IMG/VR virus record: IMGVR_UViG_3300025675_000039
Coordinates: 1 to 42,959 of that record
DNA length: 42,959 bases
From: a virus
Lineage: Duplodnaviria > Caudoviricetes
Reading direction: 5' to 3' (one strand)
Made by a program: the position numbers and the translations under genes. Below, one piece after another: positions 1-8,580 of this stretch (its first letter is position 1; every line of letters starts with the position of its first letter). A model generated the notes under the pieces. That model made no database searches. It saw nothing but the letters and a program-made list of their open reading frames with translations, and had not been told where the DNA came from.

Positions 1-1107
1 TTATTTATCAGCGGTGTGCGTGCGGCGGGTGGGAAAACGCAGCACGTTTTGCGCGAGATTCGCCTCGAGCCGGAGCTTCTCGACCCGATCAGCATCCTCG
101 ATCACGTCCGAATCGGTCAGGTGGACATAGACCATCGTAGTCTCCAGATCGTCGTGCCCGAGGATGCGCTGGAGCTTCTCGATCCGACCGCCGTCCTGCA
201 GGTAGCGCGTGGCGAAAGTGTGCCGGCAGTCGTAGAAGCGGATCTTGGGGTCGACGCCGGCCCGCTTGCGCACCCCGCCCCACCAGGACGCCGTGTAGTA
301 CCGCCCGTTGCCCCGGCGCGACGGGAAGAACAGCGCGGTCTCCTCTTTCGGCCAAACCTGGCGCAGCGCGTCCATCGCCCGATTGGTGATCGGCACGGTG
401 CGGATCGTCGAGTCCTTGTTCATCGACGCCGGCAGCAGGAAGGTGCGCTTGCCGGTGACGTGCTCCGGCGTGATCGCGTAGATCTCATTCGGACGCAGGC
501 CGCATTCAATCGCCACCACGATCATGCAGGCGTGGTCGATGCGGTTGCAGGCGTCGAGCAGGGCCTTCTCCTCGCCCTTGGTGATCGGGCGCACCTGAGG
601 CCGGGCCTTCTTGAATTTGATCTCCCGGGTCATCAGCAGTTCGCGCACCGGGTTCCTGCGGATCACCGCGGTCTCGAACACCTTGGACACGAAGCTCAGA
701 CGCACCCGGATCGACGGATCGCCGACGCCTCGGGCTCGCTCGTGGGCGATGAAACCAGCCACCAGCTCTATGGTCAGCTCGCCCAGGTACATCGTCCTGG
801 GGTCAAACCCCGCCTGATCCAGGTACAACGACCAGCGGATCAGGGAGCTTTCCATGCTTTCTCGGGTGTTCGGCTTCTTCTGGCTGTCGATCAGCGCCAT
901 CGCCACTTCGATGAACTTGGGCTGATCGCGGAACGCCTTGCGGCGCTCGACCTCAGCAAGAAGCTGCTTCAGCTGGATCTCAGCTTCTTGCCAGTCCGAC
1001 GTTCCAGAAGAATGTCGAGTCGTTCGGCCGCGCTCGTCCTCGTATTCGAGGTAGAGACGCGGGCTGTCCTTTCGACGGTAGACTCTTGCCATCCTTGGGT
1101 CATCCAC
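1..1107 (-). CDS. int: Tyrosine recombinase / phage integrase
   Basis: GLRPNEI (R), NKD (K), FYDCRHTFAT (HxxR box with Y for H), LGH and VYVH (catalytic Y); N-terminal arm-binding-like region. Alternative ATG start at 1092. Confidence 0.95.
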   Translation of the reverse strand: MDDPRMARVYRRKDSPRLYLEYEDERGRTTRHSSGTSDWQEAEIQLKQLLAEVERRKAFRDQPKFIEVAMALIDSQKKPNTRESMESSLIRWSLYLDQAGFDPRTMYLGELTIELVAGFIAHERARGVGDPSIRVRLSFVSKVFETAVIRRNPVRELLMTREIKFKKARPQVRPITKGEEKALLDACNRIDHACMIVVAIECGLRPNEIYAITPEHVTGKRTFLLPASMNKDSTIRTVPITNRAMDALRQVWPKEETALFFPSRRGNGRYYTASWWGGVRKRAGVDPKIRFYDCRHTFATRYLQDGGRIEKLQRILGHDDLETTMVYVHLTDSDVIEDADRVEKLRLEANLAQNVLRFPTRRTHTADK

Positions 1108-1283
1108 CTTGTCAGTTGGTCTCTCGGGATGCGCCAGCGGCTGCCGACGCGGATCGCGGGCAGCTTACCATCGTGCGCCATCATCTGGACCATCCGGCGA
1201 CTGACTCGGAGGAGATCAGCGACCTCCTGGGGGGTCATCAGATCGGGGGGCCTGTCCTGTTCTTCTTGTTTCCGTTGCAACAT
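969..1283 (-). CDS. xis: Excisionase-family (MerR-like HTH) DNA-binding protein
   Basis: LMTPQEVADLLRVSRRMVQMMAHDGKLPAIRVGSRWRIPR is a typical excisionase HTH; directly upstream of and overlapping int. Confidence 0.85.
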   Translation of the reverse strand: MLQRKQEEQDRPPDLMTPQEVADLLRVSRRMVQMMAHDGKLPAIRVGSRWRIPRDQLTRWMTQGWQESTVERTARVSTSNTRTSAAERLDILLERRTGKKLRSS

Positions 1284-1330
1284 CTAGCGGTCACCCCTGA
1301 CGACTTGAACGCGTGCACAGCGGTACCTCT

Positions 1331-1360
1331 ATCTTACAGCCCTCTCCACACTTGCGGCAA
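1331..1360 (-). promoter_or_regulatory. Putative sigma70-type promoter for xis-int
   Basis: Minus strand TTGCCG-N18-TAAGAT in the intergenic gap upstream of xis. Confidence 0.35.
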
Positions 1361-1420
1361 TCGCGATTCAGTTTCTAAGGGCACATCCTTGGATCATACG
1401 ACCGACGATCCTCAAGGATA

Positions 1421-1639
1421 TCAAGAAGTTTCGATCTGATCGGCCATGCCTCGGAGCCATTCGACAACCGTCCGCTTGTCGTAGGCCCCAAGCAGTAAAG
1501 TTGTGCCGACCATCACCAGGGCTGTTGCCGGAATGTGGGGGGCCGTGACACCGCGGTAGATCATCCTGAAGAAGGCGCTCAACCCCTCCTCTAAGCCGAC
1601 CGCGATCTGAGCGTCTTCTTTCATGCCTCGATTTGCCAT
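1421..1639 (-). CDS. Hypothetical protein (72 aa)
   Basis: Co-oriented ORF filling the gap between neighbours. Confidence 0.55.
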   Translation of the reverse strand: MANRGMKEDAQIAVGLEEGLSAFFRMIYRGVTAPHIPATALVMVGTTLLLGAYDKRTVVEWLRGMADQIETS

Positions 1640-1664
1640 CTACCACCCCGTTGAACCTGAGCCA

Positions 1665-1913
1665 TCAGCCGGTCGCCCGGCCGGTCCCGGCCGACGCCAC
1701 CTGAGCGATCGCCCGGAACAATTTCTTGGTTGGAACCCTGTGCATCGCCTCCGCGGAAACAAGCCCCTTCACGACGGATTCGGCTTCCGCACGATCAGCA
1801 CCGAGGGTCATGTCCCATTGCGTGCCGTCCTGTAAACAGGTGATCCGCCACTCGCCCCCCTTATCTTCGCGCCAGAGCGGCGAAATGAAGGTCGGTTGTG
1901 TCGCGCGGGTCAT
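1665..1913 (-). CDS. Hypothetical protein (82 aa)
   Basis: ATG with AGGAGG RBS 7 nt upstream. Confidence 0.7.
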   Translation of the reverse strand: MTRATQPTFISPLWREDKGGEWRITCLQDGTQWDMTLGADRAEAESVVKGLVSAEAMHRVPTKKLFRAIAQVASAGTGRATG

Positions 1914-1987
1914 CCCATACCCTCCTGGTTTGAGCGATGACGTGCATACGTTCTATCACAAAGGGACATTGAGTTGAATAGGGATAC

Positions 1988-2017
1988 AAAAAAGCCCCGC
2001 AGACATTCTGCGGGGCT
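1988..2017 (-). terminator. Rho-independent terminator
   Basis: 11-bp stem AGCCCCGCAGA/TCTGCGGGGCT with a T-run on the minus strand, just after the stop at 2037. Confidence 0.85.
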
Positions 2018-2036
2018 CTCTTGCGAGCAATCTTGG

Positions 2037-3068
2037 TCAGACTTCAACCGCCAAGTTGATGTCAGGGAAAGCCTCCTCGAACAGTTCGAGCACCTTCTCG
2101 TAGCCGATCGACTGGAACACCTCGGCGCTCGGTGGCCCGGCCGGCTCGCCACCCTGGCCGGAGAAGTTGTTGACGAACTCCAGGCAGATGAACTCCAGGG
2201 CCACCGTGTCGACCGTGGTGCCCGCGGCCTCCTTGGCCTTGTCGAGCGCCGACTTGATCGTCTCGGCCTGATCCTCGTGGGCCTTGAAGGTCATCGTCGT
2301 GGTCTTGGCCGGCGCCGCGTCGTCACCACCCGAGTTCGACTCACCTTCGCCCTTGAACTGCTTGACCTCCTCGATCAGCTCCTTGGTGGTCAGGGTCTTG
2401 GCCTTCTCCACCCAGTGATCGACGTTGTCCGAGGTCAGGACTGGCGAGACCTCCTTGATCTTGGTCCAGCCGACCGCCTTCACCTTGTCCCAGGGGACGC
2501 CGGCCTCGACCAGGTCGTTGTAGATCTGGATCGCGTACATCGCCGTCCGGTACTTGATGTTGAATTCGGCCTCGATGTACTCCTTCAGCGACCCGTGCTC
2601 GCCGAACCAGCCGTTCTCCTGGATCTTCGAGAGCACGCCGCCCATCTTGAAGAACGAGAACTCGGTGTCCTCGACGATCTGGTGCAGCGCCGCATGGCAC
2701 TGGCTCTCGTTCAGGTTCTCGATCTCGAACGCCGTCTTGGCGATCAGGTCGGTGTTGCCCTCGACGATCTCGCCGTTGAGTACCGACCCCTGGGTGGCGA
2801 CCGCGCCGGCACTGTCGGGATACAGAGCCTGGATCAGGGCCGCCTTCTTATCGGCGACCTTGAGCGTCGAGTAGTTGTCGATCTCCCACGGCATCTGGCC
2901 GTACAGCGCATCGAGCTGCTTGCCGTTCATCTTGTTGATCTCGGCCGGGCTCGGGGTCTGGGCCACGTCAGCCTCCTGCTGGTTCTGGGCCTGGGTGTCG
3001 GACGGGGTTTCGGCTTTGGCCGGTTGACCCTGCATGCCGTCGAGCACGGCCATCGTTGCGACTGACAT
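2037..3068 (-). CDS. Putative DNA-binding protein (Rho-N/SAP-like N-terminal motif, DUF3102/partition-protein-like helical HTH region)
   Basis: ATG at 3068 with GGAGGG RBS. FFKMGGVLSKIQENGWFGEHGSLKEYIEAEFNIKYRTAMYAIQIY resembles DUF3102/plasmid-partition HTH segments (by eye). Has its own predicted promoter and terminator. Confidence 0.55.
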   Translation of the reverse strand: MSVATMAVLDGMQGQPAKAETPSDTQAQNQQEADVAQTPSPAEINKMNGKQLDALYGQMPWEIDNYSTLKVADKKAALIQALYPDSAGAVATQGSVLNGEIVEGNTDLIAKTAFEIENLNESQCHAALHQIVEDTEFSFFKMGGVLSKIQENGWFGEHGSLKEYIEAEFNIKYRTAMYAIQIYNDLVEAGVPWDKVKAVGWTKIKEVSPVLTSDNVDHWVEKAKTLTTKELIEEVKQFKGEGESNSGGDDAAPAKTTTMTFKAHEDQAETIKSALDKAKEAAGTTVDTVALEFICLEFVNNFSGQGGEPAGPPSAEVFQSIGYEKVLELFEEAFPDINLAVEV

Positions 3069-3101
3069 CCTGTCTTTCCCTCCTTGGGTTTCGATACGAT
3101 T

Positions 3102-3129
3102 ACGGTACCATGAGTGCAATCAATTGCAA
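3102..3129 (-). promoter_or_regulatory. Putative promoter overlapped by palindrome copy 1
   Basis: Minus strand TTGCAA-N16-TACCGT with TGn extended -10; the -35 box and spacer are the palindrome itself. Confidence 0.4.
3115..3128. repeat. Dispersed palindrome copy 1 (TGCAATCAATTGCA), intergenic
   Basis: Read directly. Confidence 0.95.
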
Positions 3130-3141
3130 ATGAATTGACAC

Positions 3142-3666
3142 TCAGGCAGCCTCGACCGAGACATGGCGCATCTTGGCCATCGCCTCGTCCTGCGCCTTGG
3201 TCAGATCGGTCAGGTGGTCGAGCGCGGCGAGGCCCATGCAGGCCAGACCGAAGGCGTCGGCCAGGTCGTTCGACGGCGCCTCGTAGCCCCAGCGCTTGAA
3301 CACCTGCATCATCATCTGCTCCTTCTTGGCGTTGCCGGTGCCGGTGACGAACTTCTTCAGAGTCGCTGGCGCCACCAGGTGGAACGACAGGCCGTGCTGC
3401 AGCAGAAACCAACGCAGCACCGTGCCGACCTCGACCAGGGGCACCAGCGTGTGGGCGTTGGCGTAGCCATAATCCTCGATCACCACCACGTCGGGCCGGG
3501 TCTCGATCACCAGCGAGGACAGCTGGTCGGCCATCGCGCTGTAGCGCCCGTACCACTTCTTTTTCGGCGCCTGGATCACCCTCTCGATCACGATCTGCGG
3601 GCCCGGACACAGCATCACCGCTCCGGTGGCGGTCGACGAGATGTCGAGACCGAGCGCGAGCGTCAT
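3142..3666 (-). CDS. ruvC: RuvC-like Holliday junction resolvase
   Basis: LGLDISSTATG, VIED, PATLKKFVTGTGNAKKEQM, NDLADAFGLA; ATGA overlap with upstream gene gives start 3666. Confidence 0.9.
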   Translation of the reverse strand: MTLALGLDISSTATGAVMLCPGPQIVIERVIQAPKKKWYGRYSAMADQLSSLVIETRPDVVVIEDYGYANAHTLVPLVEVGTVLRWFLLQHGLSFHLVAPATLKKFVTGTGNAKKEQMMMQVFKRWGYEAPSNDLADAFGLACMGLAALDHLTDLTKAQDEAMAKMRHVSVEAA

Positions 3667-4589
3667 GCCAGGGCCTCCTCGAGATCGACCGGGTGGGCCG
3701 GCTGGGGTGCGTCCGCGGCGAAGCAGGCGCTGCTCACCGGACACTTCTTCGCCCGCTCGCACTGGGCGTTGTCGCAGACACCCGCCGGCATAGGGTGATC
3801 GACCCAAGTGCGGAACCGATGGTACAGCCCCGCCTTGATCCACAGGTCGTCGGTATCCTCGTCCTTGCGGGCGACTGCATACTCCTTGAACGGACTGTAC
3901 TTGTCGTCCGGGAAGTCATAGGCCTCGACCTCCTTGTCGAGACAGCCGAAGCCCCCCTTCGAGACATAGAGCACGATCGCGCTGTCGAGATCGACCTTGT
4001 CGGCGAACGGGTGTCCGCTGTCGGCGACGATGCGGAGGTAGAGATTGGTGCGCTGGCGGTGCTCGGCGATCGGCATCAGCAGCTTCTTGAACTCTTCCTT
4101 GTCGATCGACTTGACCTCGACCAGCTTGAAGCGGTCGCCGTTGGTCCTGGCGAAGCAGTCGATGCCGCAGCCGATGCCGGTCTCCTGCGATCGGAACCGG
4201 TGCTCCTCGGGCGCCAACGCCGTGCAGCCGCATCCGTGACAAGCCACTGGTCTCACCGTGAGCTCGTGCAATTGCTTGCACGCGACGCAGCGCCAATCGG
4301 TGACCGCCCGGCCCGACTCCACCAGCCAGTCGATCACCATGTCCTGAACCAGCCGGCCGATCGAGAAGGTCGTGGCCAGCGAGGTCGAAATGAACTGGTC
4401 GGGGGCTTTGTACTTGGTGAGGTCCATCAGAGCCCACTCTCGCGGACAGAACGTGCCCTTGGTCAGCTCCGATGCGTGCATGTTGATCCGCGACCGGGGC
4501 GGACTGCGATGCGCCAGCTTCTTGTGCAGATACCGCTTCAGGCGATGCTCGCCCTTATGCTCCTTCAGCGTCTTCAGCCATTTCGCCAT
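3663..4589 (-). CDS. Cas4-like PD-(D/E)xK exonuclease
   Basis: CPRE, GIDCF...VEVKS, QRTNLY, C-terminal Cys cluster; internal CxxC...CxxC. Confidence 0.75.
   Translation of the reverse strand: MAKWLKTLKEHKGEHRLKRYLHKKLAHRSPPRSRINMHASELTKGTFCPREWALMDLTKYKAPDQFISTSLATTFSIGRLVQDMVIDWLVESGRAVTDWRCVACKQLHELTVRPVACHGCGCTALAPEEHRFRSQETGIGCGIDCFARTNGDRFKLVEVKSIDKEEFKKLLMPIAEHRQRTNLYLRIVADSGHPFADKVDLDSAIVLYVSKGGFGCLDKEVEAYDFPDDKYSPFKEYAVARKDEDTDDLWIKAGLYHRFRTWVDHPMPAGVCDNAQCERAKKCPVSSACFAADAPQPAHPVDLEEALA
4267..4280. repeat. Dispersed palindrome copy 2 (TGCAATTGCTTGCA, 1 mismatch)
   Basis: Inside the Cas4-like gene. Confidence 0.7.
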
Positions 4590-4941
4590 CCCTGGCCTCC
4601 GTCAATCTCCGGAACTCCTCCTCCCGGATCGCGATCCATCGCCCGTCCGGCACCGGCCGCCCGTCGGCATGCGTGAAGGTCAGCGCCACGGCCGGGCTCT
4701 TGCCGGCCATCCGCGCCTCGTCCACGATCTTCGACAGCCATCGGTACTGCAAGCCCAGACTGCTGCCGGTGGTCGATTTCGCCTCCACCCGGAAGGCCGG
4801 CAGGTCGATGTCGCCCTTCTCTGCGCCGGCGCCCGAGCCGGGGATCTGGCGACCACCCAGGCGGCGGGCGAGACGCCTCTCCGAGGCCCGGCCCGGGTCG
4901 CCGATGCGCTGGCCGCGCTTGCGGGCGAGATACGGATTCAC
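4555..4941 (-). CDS. Hjc-type (PD-(D/E)xK) Holliday junction resolvase-like protein
   Basis: GRASERRLA...GSGA...GDI...VEAKST pattern. Confidence 0.7.
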   Translation of the reverse strand: MNPYLARKRGQRIGDPGRASERRLARRLGGRQIPGSGAGAEKGDIDLPAFRVEAKSTTGSSLGLQYRWLSKIVDEARMAGKSPAVALTFTHADGRPVPDGRWIAIREEEFRRLTEARDGEMAEDAEGA

Positions 4942-5963
4942 CCCTGCCCTCCCTGCTTGAGGGCGGTGTCGATGATTGTCTGACGCACCTTGGTGCCGAA
5001 GGCTGGATCGCCGACCAGTCGCTGCCGGCAGGCCTCCAGGTTGGGATACTTCTCTCCCAGCATGGTCCAGCCTCCCGGTGCCTTGTCGAGCATGCCCATG
5101 TCCTTCATCCAGGCTGACACGCTGTTCCAGTCATCGGTCTCGCCGACCTGAAGCCCCTTGTGGGGATGGACGACCAGCCGGAACTCCGCGGAGTCGGCGT
5201 AGATCGGGCATTTCGACTTGGTGATCTGGATCTTGGTCTCCTTGAGGATCGGCCGGTCCTTGATCACCTTTGGGTCGCTGATGTTCTTTCCGTAGGTGCG
5301 GATCGTCAGGCCGGACTGGAACTTCGGCGCGTTGCCGCCCGGCATGGTCTCCGGGTTGCCGTACATCACCCCGATCTTGAACCGGGTCTGGTTGATGTAG
5401 ATCAATGTCGGCAGCCGGCCGGCCTTGCGGGCCAGGTTCAGGGCGTGCGTGGTCTTGCGCACCAGCTTGCCGGTGACCAGCGCCGAGCCACCTACATTGG
5501 CCTTCTCCGCCGAGTTGTCGAGCTCCTGCGTGGTGACCATCGCCGCCAGGCTGTCGATCACCACCATGCCGACATCATCGGCGCACAGGAACGCCTCGAC
5601 CATGTCCACGGTCTGCTCAGCGTAGTCCGGCCAGATCACGATCAGCTCGTCGACATCGACCCCCATCAGCGCGGCCCATTGCGGGTCGAAGCTGTTCTCG
5701 ATGTCGACGAACACGCATTTCTGGTCCGGCCACAGGGCCTGGTGCATGGCGATCGCCTTCAGGCAGAGGTTCGTCTTGTTCGAGCTCTCCGGCCCGTAGA
5801 CGATAGCCACCTTGCCGCGGGGGAATCCCCCACCGGTGGCCAGGTCGAACGGGAAGATGCCGGTGGGCAGCCGCTCGGCATCCTGCATCTGAGCCCCCTT
5901 CGACCCGACCGCCGCGCCATAGTCCTTCTGGAACGTACCCAGCAGGTCGTTGACCGTGGGCAT
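4938..5963 (-). CDS. recA: RecA/UvsX-like recombinase
   Basis: [23 protein letters not shown] (variant Walker A), [31 protein letters not shown]. Confidence 0.93.
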   Translation of the reverse strand: MPTVNDLLGTFQKDYGAAVGSKGAQMQDAERLPTGIFPFDLATGGGFPRGKVAIVYGPESSNKTNLCLKAIAMHQALWPDQKCVFVDIENSFDPQWAALMGVDVDELIVIWPDYAEQTVDMVEAFLCADDVGMVVIDSLAAMVTTQELDNSAEKANVGGSALVTGKLVRKTTHALNLARKAGRLPTLIYINQTRFKIGVMYGNPETMPGGNAPKFQSGLTIRTYGKNISDPKVIKDRPILKETKIQITKSKCPIYADSAEFRLVVHPHKGLQVGETDDWNSVSAWMKDMGMLDKAPGGWTMLGEKYPNLEACRQRLVGDPAFGTKVRQTIIDTALKQGGQG

Positions 5964-6271
5964 CAGTCGTCTCCGCTGATCTGCGCCAGACGCTCCTCGA
6001 GCCGGTCATCGACCCACTGGGTCGCCCAGGCGTAGACCTCGTTGATCTCCTCGTGCTGGCAGGGAATGTCGATCGACACGTCGATCCGGGCGCTCTCGTA
6101 GTTGCCCAGATTCTTGGTCAGACCGGTCTTCACCCCGACATTCACCCACGGCTTGGTGAACAGTGCGGGCTGGCCCACCTTCTCCTCGGTGGTCGCCTCG
6201 TGGCCGTCCGGGGTCTTGACCGTCGTGGTCGCCTTGCCTTGGGCAGTCTTGGACTTGATCTCGACGGGCAT
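5963..6271 (-). CDS. Conserved phage hypothetical protein
   Basis: ATG at 6271 with AAGGAGG RBS; NLGNYESARIDVS motif typical of small phage replication-module proteins. Confidence 0.75.
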   Translation of the reverse strand: MPVEIKSKTAQGKATTTVKTPDGHEATTEEKVGQPALFTKPWVNVGVKTGLTKNLGNYESARIDVSIDIPCQHEEINEVYAWATQWVDDRLEERLAQISGDD

Positions 6272-6290
6272 CCGGCCCTCCTTCCTTGGT

Positions 6291-7640
6291 CTACAGGTCG
6301 ACGATCTGGCAGCCGATCGAGCGATACCACTTCTCGCGGCTGCGCGCATATCCCTTGAACACCGGGCTGTCGTCGTCGCGGATGTCCATGACGACAGCCT
6401 GCTTCTTGCCGGGATACTCCCGGCGGATACGGCCCACGGCCTGGCGCACGTCCGATTTCGGCGTGCAGAGGATCACTGTGTCAAGCCAGGGGATGTTGGT
6501 ACCCTCCTTCATCATGGCATAGGTCGCCAGGATGATCGGCTTGGCCTTCGACCGGTCGAGCTCGGACTCTGACATGCCGCCGACATAGTCCCCGATGTCC
6601 TTGCCGGGCACGCCGGCGGCAACCAGCAGCTTGCGCATGGTGCGGATGTGCTCCAGCGTGTCGAAGAACATCACCGTGTTGCGCTGCTTGAGATGCGCCG
6701 TCACCGCGAGCTCGGTCAGCAGCCGGTTGCGGGCATCGTCCCGCGCCATCGCCTTCAGCAGATGGCCGGTCTTGCCGGCAACATGCGGGATCTTTTGCAC
6801 CACCCGCCGGCCGCCCTTGCGCACGATCCGCCGCGGCACCGTCCATGGCGAGCGATAGCGTATCACCTTGGGCACCACCTGCTCCAGATGGGCCTTCACC
6901 CGCACCGGGCCGATATGGCTGAAGATCAGCAGCTCCTTGCCGTCGGACCGCTCGGGCGTGGCCGACAAACCGAGGCGCAACCGGGCCGAGACCAGCGAGC
7001 AGACTTCCGAGAAGGTCTCCGCAGCAACCCGGTGCACCTCGTCGATGATCATCATCCCGGCCCAGTCGTAGACGTAGCTGGGGTAGCGATCGGGCTTGCA
7101 CAGACTGTGGCCCATCGCCAACACTACCTTCTTGCCCAGCACGTCGCACTTGTCGGCCTGGACGATGCCGATCTCGTGGTCGGCGAGGCCGAGGAACCGC
7201 TTCAGCTCACCGTGCCACTGCTTCATCAGGTCCTCCTTGAACAGGACGACCAGCGTGGTCAGGCCGATATGCGCGATCACAGGCATGGTCACCGCGGTCT
7301 TGCCGAAGCCGGTCGGCGCCTGCAGGCAGCCGGACCGGCCCTCCTTGAGGAACTGGACAGTCTCCTCGATCACCCGGGCCTGCTCCTCGTTGCGCGGCTC
7401 GAAGCTGACCGAGAAATCGACCGGCTCGCCCGGGGCCCGACGATCGTTCACCGGCTCGGGACAGACCGCCCGAGGCAGCAGGATCGTACCGCCCATGCGT
7501 TTGTACAGCAGGTAGGGATCGCCGAACCGGGTCGTCGCTTTGAACTGCTCGGCGAGCGCGTTGGAGTAGGGGTAGGCCGCCAGGGCGCCGGTCCATTCCG
7601 GGTGCTGATGCTGGATCAGCTGGTTCACGAACGTCGTCAT
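6291..7640 (-). CDS. Superfamily 2 helicase (UvsW/XPB-like)
   Basis: APTGFGKT, DEVH, GLSATPERSDG, QAVGRIRR. Confidence 0.93.
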   Translation of the reverse strand: MTTFVNQLIQHQHPEWTGALAAYPYSNALAEQFKATTRFGDPYLLYKRMGGTILLPRAVCPEPVNDRRAPGEPVDFSVSFEPRNEEQARVIEETVQFLKEGRSGCLQAPTGFGKTAVTMPVIAHIGLTTLVVLFKEDLMKQWHGELKRFLGLADHEIGIVQADKCDVLGKKVVLAMGHSLCKPDRYPSYVYDWAGMMIIDEVHRVAAETFSEVCSLVSARLRLGLSATPERSDGKELLIFSHIGPVRVKAHLEQVVPKVIRYRSPWTVPRRIVRKGGRRVVQKIPHVAGKTGHLLKAMARDDARNRLLTELAVTAHLKQRNTVMFFDTLEHIRTMRKLLVAAGVPGKDIGDYVGGMSESELDRSKAKPIILATYAMMKEGTNIPWLDTVILCTPKSDVRQAVGRIRREYPGKKQAVVMDIRDDDSPVFKGYARSREKWYRSIGCQIVDL

Positions 7641-7666
7641 CCGCAGGTCCCATCCATGGGAGAGGT

Positions 7667-7732
7667 GTGGGGCGCCGCCTGGGGAGGGGAGGCTGGCGGC
7701 GCCCCACGACCGGGCCGGAGGGGCGGCCCGGT
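7667..7732 (-). terminator. Two tandem GC-rich hairpins after the SSB gene (mRNA stability/attenuation)
   Basis: 13-bp stem 7667-7679/7695-7707 and 9-bp stem 7709-7717/7724-7732; no clear U tract. Confidence 0.45.
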
Positions 7733-8493
7733 TACAGCTGCTGTTCGAGCTGCTTGGTGTCGACCTCGGACGGTCCGGTCTCGCCGCCGACGCCGGAGAA
7801 CGGCTTGCCGATGCCCATCTGCTGGAGCTCCTCCGGCGACCGGTAGGTCAGCTCGTTCTCATAGTTGGGCGGCATGGTCAGCTCCTCGCCGTACGTCTTG
7901 ACCAGCTCCTCCTCGGTCATCTTGCCCTCAACCGAGAACACGTCACCGCAGTTGGGCGCCTTGTCGTTCGACCGGCTGATTTCGATGGTGACACCGCGCA
8001 GGCCATTGCGCTTGGCGGCGATCTTCTGCAGGTACGCCCGGGCCTGGGTCTTGGCGAGGTAGAGCCGCTTCTGGTCCTTGCGGACCTGGCCGGTGTTCTG
8101 GCCCTTCTGGACGGTGTACTGCGTGTGGTCGATCAGGCTCAGGAACACCACGACCGAGGGCCGGTCACCGTCTGCGCACATCGGGCAGTATTCCCCGGCC
8201 TCCTGGCAGCAGATCAGAGTCTCCCAGCGGTTCGCCCCGACCCGCACGGTGTGCAGCGCACTGATGCCGCCGCCGACCAGGTCGCCGTCCTCGTCGACAT
8301 CGCCATCCAGGAAGGTGACGATCTTCTCCTCGCCTTCCTTGAGGCGGAACGGCCACAGCTTGTTGGACTGCTCCCGGGCCAGCTGGGCCTCGGTCTCGGC
8401 CTGTTCGAGCCGCTGCTTGGCGTCCTTGCCCTTCTTGAGCCACGACGGGGCCTTGGCCTCGCCGGTCTCCTTGCTCTTCATCGTGACAGGCAT
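7732..8493 (-). CDS. gp32-like single-stranded DNA-binding protein
   Basis: ATG at 8493 with AAGGAGG; H...CC..CPMC zinc ligands; acidic tail; position in the replication module. Confidence 0.7.
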   Translation of the reverse strand: MPVTMKSKETGEAKAPSWLKKGKDAKQRLEQAETEAQLAREQSNKLWPFRLKEGEEKIVTFLDGDVDEDGDLVGGGISALHTVRVGANRWETLICCQEAGEYCPMCADGDRPSVVVFLSLIDHTQYTVQKGQNTGQVRKDQKRLYLAKTQARAYLQKIAAKRNGLRGVTIEISRSNDKAPNCGDVFSVEGKMTEEELVKTYGEELTMPPNYENELTYRSPEELQQMGIGKPFSGVGGETGPSEVDTKQLEQQL

Positions 8494-8551
8494 CGCTTGC
8501 CTCCTTGCGTCACATCCAGTGAACGATGAATGACCCATCGGGTCGCTGATG

Positions 8552-8580
8552 ATTCTACTATGGGGACCCTGCCGACTGAA
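8552..8580 (-). promoter_or_regulatory. Putative promoter for SSB
   Basis: Minus strand TTCAGT-N17-TAGAAT. Confidence 0.4.

Noticed and set aside
1-1420. attP/attL core or tRNA target near the integrase
   Set aside because: The window starts at the integrase stop codon; no tRNA-like sequence or paired direct repeat could be identified
3663-4589. Cas4-like gene as evidence of a CRISPR-Cas system
   Set aside because: No repeat-spacer array or other cas genes seen; solo Cas4-like nucleases are common in phage recombination modules
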